Part shown: in pieces, positions 56,228-64,000 of the stretch
How positions within the stretch are numbered: the first letter of the stretch is position 1
Layout of the letters: each line of letters begins with the position of its first letter
DNA from: Deltaproteobacteria bacterium
GTDB taxonomy: Bacteria; Myxococcota_A; Polyangia; Fen-1088
Direction: 5' to 3'
Length of the DNA: 64,000 bases
NCBI GenBank assembly: GCA_033763315.1
Contig: JANRKS010000005.1
Location: forward strand, 224,001-288,000
Notes under the pieces: generated by a model
The model's database searches: none
Seen by the model: the letters and a program-made list of their open reading frames with translations, nothing else
What the model was told of the DNA's origin: nothing
Position numbers and translations under genes: made by a program

Positions 56228-57521
56228 CTATCCACCGGCGCAACTGGGTTCGATGAATACCCAGCACCTTGGCGGCCGTTGCAACTTTGTTCTGGCAGCT
56301 CTGCAAAGCCTGCCGAATCGTTTCGTCCGAGGGAAACGGTCGAGTGGTCACGGACTGGGCTTCACCAGGCTCAAAGCCGCTTCCCGCGCTTTCAGACAAA
56401 CAATCACCTTTCACGATCAATTCGTCTTCCGCCAGGCTGGTCGCGACCGCCTGTCGAATCTCGATGAGAAGCTCACGAACGTTTCCTGGCCACGGACGCA
56501 GCAGGCAGGTTTCTATCAACGACACATGTGGCGTCAGCTTCGCATTGATTCGGCGCAGCTCGCGATCGATAAGGAACGGAATGTCTTCCAGGCGATCACG
56601 GAGCCTCGGCAGCGCCACCGCCGGCCGCGCCAAACGAAAATACAGATCCTCACGAAATGATTTCTCCGTGACGGACTGACGGAGGTCTTTGTGAGTCGCT
56701 GAACAAATCTGAAGCTCAACCTTGCGCGGGCGAGACGCGCCAAGCGCCAGAACCTCATGTGTTTCGATCACACGCAACAATTTTGCTTGTACGCCCAGAT
56801 CCAGGTCCGCAACTTCATCTAAGAAAAGGGTTCCGTTGTCCGCCGCCTGTATGTACCCGTCAACGTCTTGCGTGGCACCCGAAAAGGCGCCTTTACGGGC
56901 ACCGAACAACAGCCTTTCCGCAACACCTTCGGGTATCGCCGCACAATTGACAGCGACGAAAGGACCTTTTCTGAAAGGGCCCAACCTATGAAACGCACGT
57001 GCGGCCAGCTCCTTGCCCACGCCCGTATTGCCGGTGATGTGAAGGATGCCCGCTGTGGTGGCGCGCGCAATGCTGTCACACACTTGCTTCATGTGAGCGC
57101 CGACGACGCAATCGTCGATCACTTCCGTGGCGCAGCCAAGATAAGGCCGCAAATCTAAGCACAGAAGGAACAAGGTATCGCCCGTCCTGACCAAACGCAG
57201 GTGTGCGCCCGCGACCTGCCCTTGCGAGGGCAGAGCCACACCGTCCACGACGGTTGGGTTGCGGCTGGCCAGATCCTCAACCGTCCAAACACCGTTTTGA
57301 TGACCGACGCGGGCGTGCCTGCGCGACATGCGCCCATCACGCAGTTCAACACCTGGTATGGCGCCACGCCCGATCTCAATGATCCGGTCGTCAAGGGGGA
57401 TGGCCCCTGCCAGGGGTTCGCCGGCCGAAAACAATAGCAACAAACCGGGAACGGGGTTGCCGGCTTTTCCCTCCATCCTCGACAGGGCCGATTGATCGAT
57501 CGTTTCAGTGTTCTGATTCAC
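56202..57521 (-). CDS. FHA-domain sigma54-dependent enhancer-binding protein
   Basis: FHA IGRG...MSRRHA...DLASRN; GNTGVGKE, GAFSGA, LFLDEV, FREDLYFRL, WPGNVREL; C-terminal HTH. Confidence 0.93.
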   Translation of the reverse strand: MNQNTETIDQSALSRMEGKAGNPVPGLLLLFSAGEPLAGAIPLDDRIIEIGRGAIPGVELRDGRMSRRHARVGHQNGVWTVEDLASRNPTVVDGVALPSQGQVAGAHLRLVRTGDTLFLLCLDLRPYLGCATEVIDDCVVGAHMKQVCDSIARATTAGILHITGNTGVGKELAARAFHRLGPFRKGPFVAVNCAAIPEGVAERLLFGARKGAFSGATQDVDGYIQAADNGTLFLDEVADLDLGVQAKLLRVIETHEVLALGASRPRKVELQICSATHKDLRQSVTEKSFREDLYFRLARPAVALPRLRDRLEDIPFLIDRELRRINAKLTPHVSLIETCLLRPWPGNVRELLIEIRQAVATSLAEDELIVKGDCLSESAGSGFEPGEAQSVTTRPFPSDETIRQALQSCQNKVATAAKVLGIHRTQLRRWIEKNPCPKA

Positions 57522-57531
57522 GACTTACGCC

Positions 57532-60500
57532 TCACATCGGCAAACGGGGCACAAGCAGGTTCATGAAGCCCTCCGGCCTGACCACCCCTCGTTCAAGCAG
57601 ATTGGCACTGGCTTCTTGTTGTAAGCGTCGCCCTTCGTCGCCACCCAGAAGCCTGCCCATGCGCTCTCTTGCGGCAGAGGCGTGCATCGGCATCTTCATC
57701 GCGTCGAAGGCTGTGGCCGCCTTGTCAAACGCAGCAAGTGCCACAGGCGGTGTCTTCGCCAACGCAGACAGGCCCGCCTCCAATCCAAGCGCGTACGCAC
57801 TTGCCAGCCCAGAGCGCTCGGTGTGCAAGTTCGTGATGATGGTTGTCACGGCCTTGATCTGAGATGGCGAAGGCGGTGAACTTCGTTGCAACCCTTCATC
57901 CAAGAGCGCGCGGCCCGTTAGATAGTTCATCTCGAACCTCAACGTGCGAATGCGCAGTTGCATTGCGCGCTTCATGTCGGCGCGGTGCCGTTCAAGCCGC
58001 GGCAAGGCGCGTTCTCCCGCGCCTTCGTAAAGATCGAGAAAACTCTGGGCGCGCAAACGTGCCCAATGCTGGTGATACCAAACATCGGCCGGCCAAACAG
58101 CGATCGCCGCGTCTGATTCTTTGCGTCCTTCATCGACGCGGTCTCGTGAGGCCCAAAGCAAGGGCATCGTATAGGCGCGCGCGGTGGACGTTGTGTACCT
58201 ATCACCGCGCGCCTCAGCCTCGCGCACGCATGCGGGACCGCGCTCAGCCACCTTGCCCAGATCCCCCATCAGAAACAACGAATGAAGAGCGAACCACACT
58301 TCAAGCGACCCAACTTCACGGAAGCTCTCTCTGCCCCCTTCACGTATCTTCGCGATAGCTTCATCGATGTGGTGTACGCAATTGGGCAGGTCGGAGAGCC
58401 CCCAAGCCACCACCCCCTGCGCCGCGGAAGCCAGGCCGATCGCGTGATTTGAGTTCGACGCTTGAGCAATGTCCTTGGCACGTCCAGCCCACACTTGTGC
58501 GATGGCCACCCCCTCTGCGGACTCGAGTGACTTGAGGATTGCCGAAATAGACAACGCCCGCGCCACCCGGTAACGCTCCCCCGTTTGAAGCGCCAGCAGT
58601 AAAGACTGAGCGTGGTAATTGGCACTGCGCACAAGATCGATGCCGGCCAAACCGAGGCCAAGGGTTAAGCAAGAATCAATGCGCGACAAGTCTTTGGAAT
58701 CACAGTCCGCTTCTGCCTTGGGGTTGAACTTGAAACCACGCGTCTTGAGTTTGGCTCGGTTCCACAACAGGCTGGCCAAGGCCCTTCCGGCGGTGCGCGG
58801 AGGCGCCAACCCTTCTTGCTCAAGCACTTGGCCGAACAGGGGCATGGCTTCTGCCACATGGCCTGAACGCAGGAACTCCTCGGCGGCCTCGCGACGAAGG
58901 CTTTGTGAGGTGGCAACGTCGCTCGTGATCGCCAATGTCAGCAGGTGTTGGCCGGCCTCGACGCCTCGACCCGCATTCGATAACGCCTGCGCCAGTTTTC
59001 GCGTGACCCGGCGTTTGCCTTCGTCTGAGGTGCAAAGCGAAAGGCAAACGTTGTAAAGGTCCACCGCGTGATCCAACGCCAGCGCTTGGCTTGCTCTATC
59101 GGCGGCACGCTCGGTCAGCTCCAAGGCTCGAGCGTTCTGCCCGGCCGCTCGATAGTGGTGGGCCAGGGTTTCCGGGTCTGAGCTCCCACCTTGTTCAAGC
59201 GCACGGGCGAGCTCAAAATGCATTTGTGACGCAACGGTGGGCGACATCGCCTCAGTAATGGCTGAGCGGACTTTGTCGTGAAGCAACTCAAACGCGACAG
59301 TTTCAGAGGTTCCCGTGCTTACCACCAAATGGTCATCGCGCAAACGATCGAGGCTATCGTTGAGGCTCTTTGTGCCAAGCTTGGTCACCGCCTCAAGCTC
59401 GGGAACGCTCAAGGGGCGCTCGCTGCAGGCCAGGCAGTCAAGCGTTGACCGCGCTTCGGCGGGAAGCTTTGTGATACGGGCCCCGAGGACCTTCTGCAAA
59501 GAAACGTCGGTGCTGCTGGTGCGTCCTGCCAACAAAGCAAGCACGAGCTCAGACACGAACAACGGGCTGCCACCCGATTCACGCGCAATGGTGACGGCGT
59601 GCTCAGCAGCATCTGGAACGTCGCCCAGCAGTGATAGCGCCAAAGTGCTGGCATCGTAGGGTGGCAAAGGCCCCACATCGAGTTCAATGTTGGTCCACGC
59701 TTTATCGCTCTCTCGTGGGGAGCGAAGAACGCGCAGCATCTCGTTGTCATTTTGTGCGTCACCACCTCTATAGCCAACCACCAACATCAACGGGGGTACA
59801 TCGGGCGGAGCCAATAAGTTTCTGAGCAGCATCGCGCTGTCGGCGTCACCCCACTGCACATCGTCGATGAACAAAATCAACCCGCGCGTATCCGTGAGGC
59901 GAGCGAATGTTTCCCTTAACGCTCCAAACGCGCGCAGCCGCAGCTCGTGTGGATCCGGCGAAGCGGGACGCCCCGGCAAGTCCCTCATGATTTCAAGCCG
60001 CCCCAAAGCCGGAAACAAGCGTACGAGCGCTCTGACGTCACGTGGAAGCAAACCAGCCGCCTCAAGAGGACGAAGACGCCGAAGGTACCGGCCAAGCGCA
60101 TCGACAAGGTCGTCCATGGCCTTGAACGGAACCGATTCGCGTTGGTAGCAGCGGCCCTCAAGAACAACGACGTCTTCGTACAACGCCAACGCCGAAAGAA
60201 AGCGGCGAACCAGGGTGGTTTTGCCATACCCCGAGCTGCCTCGGACATGCGCCACCACTGTCTGGCCTGCGCGCGAGAGCAAAAAACCTTCACGCAGTTT
60301 CGCCATCGCTTCCTGCCTACCCACAAAGGTGCCGGCCACGCTGCTCAACGCCCCAGGCGTTGGGCCTTTCGCCCCCAACGCGCGCGCGATTTCGGCAGCC
60401 GAAGGACGTGCCGTTGGATCACGCTGCAATAGGCGCATGGTTAGATCACAAAGATCGTTTGGAAGACCTTGGCATAAGGTGCGTGGGTCGCGTGGATCGC

Positions 60501-61332
60501 GGCTCAATCGCGCCGCAAGCATGTCGTTGGTCGTGCCCACGAACGGCAGTTGCCCGGTAAGGGCTTCGTAAAGCATGACGCCCACCGCGTACCAGTCAGA
60601 GGCCGTGGTGATAGGAGCGCCACGCGCCTGTTCGGGCGACATGTACGCGGGCGTTCCCGTGAGGGCGCCATCCGCACTTTGATGGGCGTCGGTCACACCC
60701 GTGGCAACCAAGCCAAAATCCAAGATTACAGCGTGGCCATCATGAACCAAAACGTTCGAGGGCTTGAGGTCACGGTGCAAGATCCCAAGCTCGTGCAAGC
60801 CCAAAACCCCCGCGGTCAGCCCGGCCAAGGCGGCGCGCAACCGCGCCTCATCAAAGCCACGCTCCGCCATGGCGGTGGGAAGGCCAGAGTCGAGCGTTTG
60901 CACATGGGGAGCAAGCGCTTCATCGAAAGAAACCGTGACAGGGCGCTCTTCATTGCCTGGTTCCGTCGACGCCAAAGAACGGCTGGTTTCGTCACGTTCC
61001 CTGGGGGAGCGCGAAGTCCAATCATCGAACCGCGTGCCCTCAACAAGGTCCATGGTGAAGCACCAAGCGTCATCACCACAGAACAGCTCGTGCAGCCTCA
61101 CCAAGTGAGGGTGAGCGATGCCCGCCAGAGCTCGAAACTCTTGCTTGAATCGGTAGATGGCTGCCGAATCGCTGCGCGCGAGGTGCTTAAGCGCGAGTCG
61201 TTGTTGGCCCACGTGATCCCATGCAACGTAAACAGCGCCAAATGAGCCTTGCCCCAGTTTGCGTTCGAGCGTGAAACGCTCGGGTATTCCCGGAGGCCGC
61301 GACGGTGAAGAGGAGGTAAGCGGACTCGTCAT
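57532..61332 (-). CDS. Ser/Thr kinase fused to STAND-like AAA ATPase and TPR-like region
   Basis: LGQGSFGAV, HRDLKPSN, DFG, GTPAYMSPE; FVGR, GSSGYGKTT, LFIDDVQWGD, GGSPLF. Confidence 0.92.
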   Translation of the reverse strand: MTSPLTSSSPSRPPGIPERFTLERKLGQGSFGAVYVAWDHVGQQRLALKHLARSDSAAIYRFKQEFRALAGIAHPHLVRLHELFCGDDAWCFTMDLVEGTRFDDWTSRSPRERDETSRSLASTEPGNEERPVTVSFDEALAPHVQTLDSGLPTAMAERGFDEARLRAALAGLTAGVLGLHELGILHRDLKPSNVLVHDGHAVILDFGLVATGVTDAHQSADGALTGTPAYMSPEQARGAPITTASDWYAVGVMLYEALTGQLPFVGTTNDMLAARLSRDPRDPRTLCQGLPNDLCDLTMRLLQRDPTARPSAAEIARALGAKGPTPGALSSVAGTFVGRQEAMAKLREGFLLSRAGQTVVAHVRGSSGYGKTTLVRRFLSALALYEDVVVLEGRCYQRESVPFKAMDDLVDALGRYLRRLRPLEAAGLLPRDVRALVRLFPALGRLEIMRDLPGRPASPDPHELRLRAFGALRETFARLTDTRGLILFIDDVQWGDADSAMLLRNLLAPPDVPPLMLVVGYRGGDAQNDNEMLRVLRSPRESDKAWTNIELDVGPLPPYDASTLALSLLGDVPDAAEHAVTIARESGGSPLFVSELVLALLAGRTSSTDVSLQKVLGARITKLPAEARSTLDCLACSERPLSVPELEAVTKLGTKSLNDSLDRLRDDHLVVSTGTSETVAFELLHDKVRSAITEAMSPTVASQMHFELARALEQGGSSDPETLAHHYRAAGQNARALELTERAADRASQALALDHAVDLYNVCLSLCTSDEGKRRVTRKLAQALSNAGRGVEAGQHLLTLAITSDVATSQSLRREAAEEFLRSGHVAEAMPLFGQVLEQEGLAPPRTAGRALASLLWNRAKLKTRGFKFNPKAEADCDSKDLSRIDSCLTLGLGLAGIDLVRSANYHAQSLLLALQTGERYRVARALSISAILKSLESAEGVAIAQVWAGRAKDIAQASNSNHAIGLASAAQGVVAWGLSDLPNCVHHIDEAIAKIREGGRESFREVGSLEVWFALHSLFLMGDLGKVAERGPACVREAEARGDRYTTSTARAYTMPLLWASRDRVDEGRKESDAAIAVWPADVWYHQHWARLRAQSFLDLYEGAGERALPRLERHRADMKRAMQLRIRTLRFEMNYLTGRALLDEGLQRSSPPSPSQIKAVTTIITNLHTERSGLASAYALGLEAGLSALAKTPPVALAAFDKAATAFDAMKMPMHASAARERMGRLLGGDEGRRLQQEASANLLERGVVRPEGFMNLLVPRLPM

Positions 61333-61425
61333 GTGACGACAGTACCGATCGAGTCCGAAGCGCTGGAGGAACGGAGCATCAAGGGAGGCCGATCTTATCA
61401 CGTATGGATCACGAAACATGAGCCC

Positions 61426-61470
61426 CTGGCACAACGCCCTGTGTGCCAGCCCAAAGGTGGCACAGTGCCA
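61426..61470. promoter_or_regulatory. Two palindromes, candidate enhancer sites
   Basis: CTGGCACA-N8-TGTGCCAG (61426-61449) and TGGCAC-A-GTGCCA (61458-61470). Confidence 0.65.
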
Positions 61471-61525
61471 GACATGCTGTGCAAGGCGCCGAGGGTAACT
61501 ACCTGAAATGACATGGTTCTTCTTC

Positions 61526-61541
61526 TGGCACAGGGTTTGAT
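61526..61541 (+). promoter_or_regulatory. Probable sigma54 promoter
   Basis: TGGCAC-AGGGT-TTGAT (one mismatch in the -12 element). Confidence 0.5.
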
Positions 61542-61591
61542 GAGGAGTGTTGTCACTGACCCTCGCAAGACCCTCAACAGGAGAATCGCCC

Positions 61592-63004
61592 ATGTTCCGT
61601 CCGACCGTATCCCTTGCGCTCGCCACGCTTGCAGCCGCTGCCACAGGGTGCTTTGACTCTGCCCTGAGTGAAGGCATCAATGAGCCCCCCATAGGGGGCC
61701 AAGCTCAGTCGCCCCAAACACAGGGCTTACACCAGAACCTCCAGGCCGGCGTCACGCAAACGGATAGCCAGCGCGTCGAGGAAGCCTTTTCGAGCCGCAT
61801 CGGCAACGGCTCCTTCGGAGCTCGCGTCAAACGCGTTGGAGGTCCCGTCACCGTGAGCGTAAATGATCAAAACGTATTTGATCCCGCCAGCGCATTGAAG
61901 GTCGCCCACTATACGCACGCGCTCGGCGAGGACTTCAACAGCCTGGCGGCCCCCGCAGCGTTTTCGTATCCGGTGGATCCGCAAAACCCGAACAGCACAA
62001 CCCCTTGCCCTGACGATGCGTGGCTGGTCAACACCAACACGGTGAACACGTCGATTGCGAACGCCCTGGTGTTGATGATGCAGAATTCCGACAACCGTGT
62101 GACCCGTGCGTTCGAGGATCGATACGATCGCGCGAACATCAATGCGACGATGGCCCAGATGGGAATGTCGCAGTCATCGCTGCACCAGTTCATTGGGTGT
62201 GGGTATGCCAACGGCATCAGAAACCGCACCACTGCACGCGACCTCGCCCTTCTTTACGAAAAGGTTGCTCTGGGAAGCGTTCTTGGGCCTGCGCCTCGGC
62301 AAACCTTCTTCGCTTTGATTTCGCAGGGCCTTCCACAACGGGTTCGCCAGGTGATCCTTGATGAGGCCGCCGATTTGGGAAAGGGCCAAGCGTTTGTCGC
62401 CGACTTCGTCAACAAGACGCGCCTTTACTGGAAAAGCGGCAGCTACAACATTTGCGGGGTCAACTCGTGCAACGGATACGAGTACGTTCGTAGCCAGGCA
62501 GGTTTGATGACGTTGCCCGTAAAGCCTCAATGCAATGCAAATTTGGCGCTGGTGCAAGCCCCCGAAGCGGCATCAAGGCAAATAGCTTACGCTCGATACA
62601 TCACAGGCCTTTACATTCCCTGCACGCCTCAAGGAAGCAACGAAACCCGAGCCGCGGCTGAGGCCCGCTGCCCACAGCTTGCCGTCGCGAACGCCGCTCT
62701 CGACGCGGCTGAATCTGAGATGGTCCGCGGCGAGATTCGCGCTGCTATCAAAACGTGGGACGTCACATGCACGGGAGCTGCGCCTGAACCACCGCGCGGG
62801 CTGCGCTTGCGACCGATCGTCCGAGGCGGAAGAAGCCTTCCGGGCATCGACCCCGACGAGATCGATTTCGCGGGCTCTGACAACCAAGACAACAACGATT
62901 CTCCCCGTGCCCCCGCTCCGGGCATCGATCCCGACGAGATCGATTTCGTGGGCTCTGATCGCCAAGATGAAAGCGGTTCGCCGCGCGCTTCGGTTGCAGA
63001 GTAG
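61592..63004 (+). CDS. Serine hydrolase lipoprotein, class A beta-lactamase-like/PBP fold
   Basis: AGGAGA RBS; ATGC lipobox; FDPASALK (SxxK), NSDN, KSG; NRTTARDL. Confidence 0.85.
   Translation: MFRPTVSLALATLAAAATGCFDSALSEGINEPPIGGQAQSPQTQGLHQNLQAGVTQTDSQRVEEAFSSRIGNGSFGARVKRVGGPVTVSVNDQNVFDPASALKVAHYTHALGEDFNSLAAPAAFSYPVDPQNPNSTTPCPDDAWLVNTNTVNTSIANALVLMMQNSDNRVTRAFEDRYDRANINATMAQMGMSQSSLHQFIGCGYANGIRNRTTARDLALLYEKVALGSVLGPAPRQTFFALISQGLPQRVRQVILDEAADLGKGQAFVADFVNKTRLYWKSGSYNICGVNSCNGYEYVRSQAGLMTLPVKPQCNANLALVQAPEAASRQIAYARYITGLYIPCTPQGSNETRAAAEARCPQLAVANAALDAAESEMVRGEIRAAIKTWDVTCTGAAPEPPRGLRLRPIVRGGRSLPGIDPDEIDFAGSDNQDNNDSPRAPAPGIDPDEIDFVGSDRQDESGSPRASVAE
62840..62995 (+). repeat. 78-bp (26-aa) tandem duplication PGIDPDEIDFxGSDxQDxxxSPRA
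   Basis: ccgggcatcga(c/t)cccgacgagatcgatttcg(c/t)gggctctga at 62840 and 62918. Confidence 0.9.
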
Positions 63005-63186
63005 CCTGCCACCGCCGTGCCCCCCTGAGCCCTCGACGGGCCGTGTGAGACAGCAACCGTGGGCGCGATGAAAGCCTGCGAACGATTGAGTGCGCTTTCT
63101 GCTCTGCGGTGTGCGGCGCCGCGCCAGCACGGCCCCAGGCTGAAGTTGGGCCACGGGACTTGGGAATGCGAAAAGACGCCGTAGGT

Positions 63187-63999
63187 CTACTTCGCGATGC
63201 CCGGCAAGGCTTCAAACTTGCCGATGTCGTCCGCCGATAAACCGGCGCCCACGTCCACTCCCATATATTTGGCAGCGTGACGAAGCACGCCACCCACGGA
63301 GCCCTTAACGCTGATCGCTTTGCCCGTGGTAGCAAAGGCGTCATCGGCGCCGATCAGGTTCACCACCAAGCCGCTGCCTGTGTTGTGGGGGTCGCTTGAT
63401 TCGCCGTAAGGCGAAAATTCGGTGCAGATATAAACCAACGTGCTGCCGAGCAGCGGTGCGCCCGCCATATCCTTTGTTGCTGCCAAGCGATCAACGAAGT
63501 AACCGATGTCTTTGAAGACTTCCGTTTGCATTTTCGTGACGCGGGTGAGATCGCCCACGGTGCCGTTGCTGAGGTTGTGCACTTCACCGTGGTAACCACC
63601 ATAACCGGGCACCGAGAACGAATCGCCTGAAGCGGTGCCTTGTTGGAAGACCGAAACGCGGCGCGTGCCACTTTGAAACGCGGCCACAATGAGATCCGCC
63701 ATGTAGTTCGAGCGCTGATAAAAATCAGACGTGCCCGCCGCATAACAGCCCTCGCTGGTGCCACCGCCCGTGCTCATGGTGGGTGCGTTTGGCGTGCTTG
63801 CCGCGGCCTTGGCTTGCGTTTGCAAATCGCTGATTGCGTCCAGTTGATCGTCAAGCGTGCTACGCGAAAACGATGGCAACGCCGCCTTGAGGGCTTTGAG
63901 ATCTTCGGCGACCACGTCGAGCACATTCACGTCGCCGGCCATCGTTGCGGGAGAGGGGGCCGAGAGCCCGCCGCCGGCCGTGCAGGTGCCTGCTGTGGC
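63187..63999 (-). CDS. DUF1552-like protein, C-terminal part (5' truncated by window edge)
   Basis: Frame open to window edge; NVLDVV, MADLIVAAFQSGTRRV, YHGEVH, YFVDRL, LLGSTLVY..TE, PH. Confidence 0.7.
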   Translation of the reverse strand, partial: ATAGTCTAGGGLSAPSPATMAGDVNVLDVVAEDLKALKAALPSFSRSTLDDQLDAISDLQTQAKAAASTPNAPTMSTGGGTSEGCYAAGTSDFYQRSNYMADLIVAAFQSGTRRVSVFQQGTASGDSFSVPGYGGYHGEVHNLSNGTVGDLTRVTKMQTEVFKDIGYFVDRLAATKDMAGAPLLGSTLVYICTEFSPYGESSDPHNTGSGLVVNLIGADDAFATTGKAISVKGSVGGVLRHAAKYMGVDVGAGLSADDIGKFEALPGIAK

Positions 64000-64000
64000 G

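Noticed and set aside
61333-61692. N-terminal 120 aa of the 1386-aa kinase ORF
   Set aside because: Runs through the divergent promoter region and into the hydrolase gene; the kinase domain starts just after ATG 61332
61592-63004. Call as an antibiotic-resistance beta-lactamase
   Set aside because: No Glu166-type omega-loop motif and no mobile context; fold-level similarity only

Overview
GC-rich bacterial chromosomal window whose gene content points to Myxococcota (Polyangia-like): MYXO-CTERM-type tail, Myxococcus Cys-rich repeats, DUF1592/DUF1552 pairs, FHA-sigma54 activator and Ser/Thr kinases. I find about 43 plausible CDS and no rRNA, tRNA, CRISPR array, integrase or transposase. Main blocks: (1) a 1875-aa lipoprotein with a ZU5-like HFS motif and 28 tandem C-x19-C acidic repeats; (2) an NfeD/YqiJ-like + flotillin + 1752-aa AAA+ ATPase module split by an opposite-strand metallopeptidase cassette; (3) H1-like protein, Amt, kinase, tandem cation:proton antiporters and a CusCBA-type efflux operon led by a Cys-rich small ORF; (4) scattered sugar and housekeeping genes; (5) an ECF sigma / FecR-TPR / beta-barrel / degenerate glycoside hydrolase / DUF1592 / DUF1552 cluster with a repeated promoter-like motif; (6) a SigF/NrsF-like pair and lysA; (7) a kinase-ATPase + FHA-sigma54 activator pair flanked by two genes that share sigma54 promoters and a TGGCAC-N-GTGCCA palindrome. 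The best candidates for poorly described systems are blocks 2, 5 and 7. All family calls come from motif recognition by eye; no searches were run.
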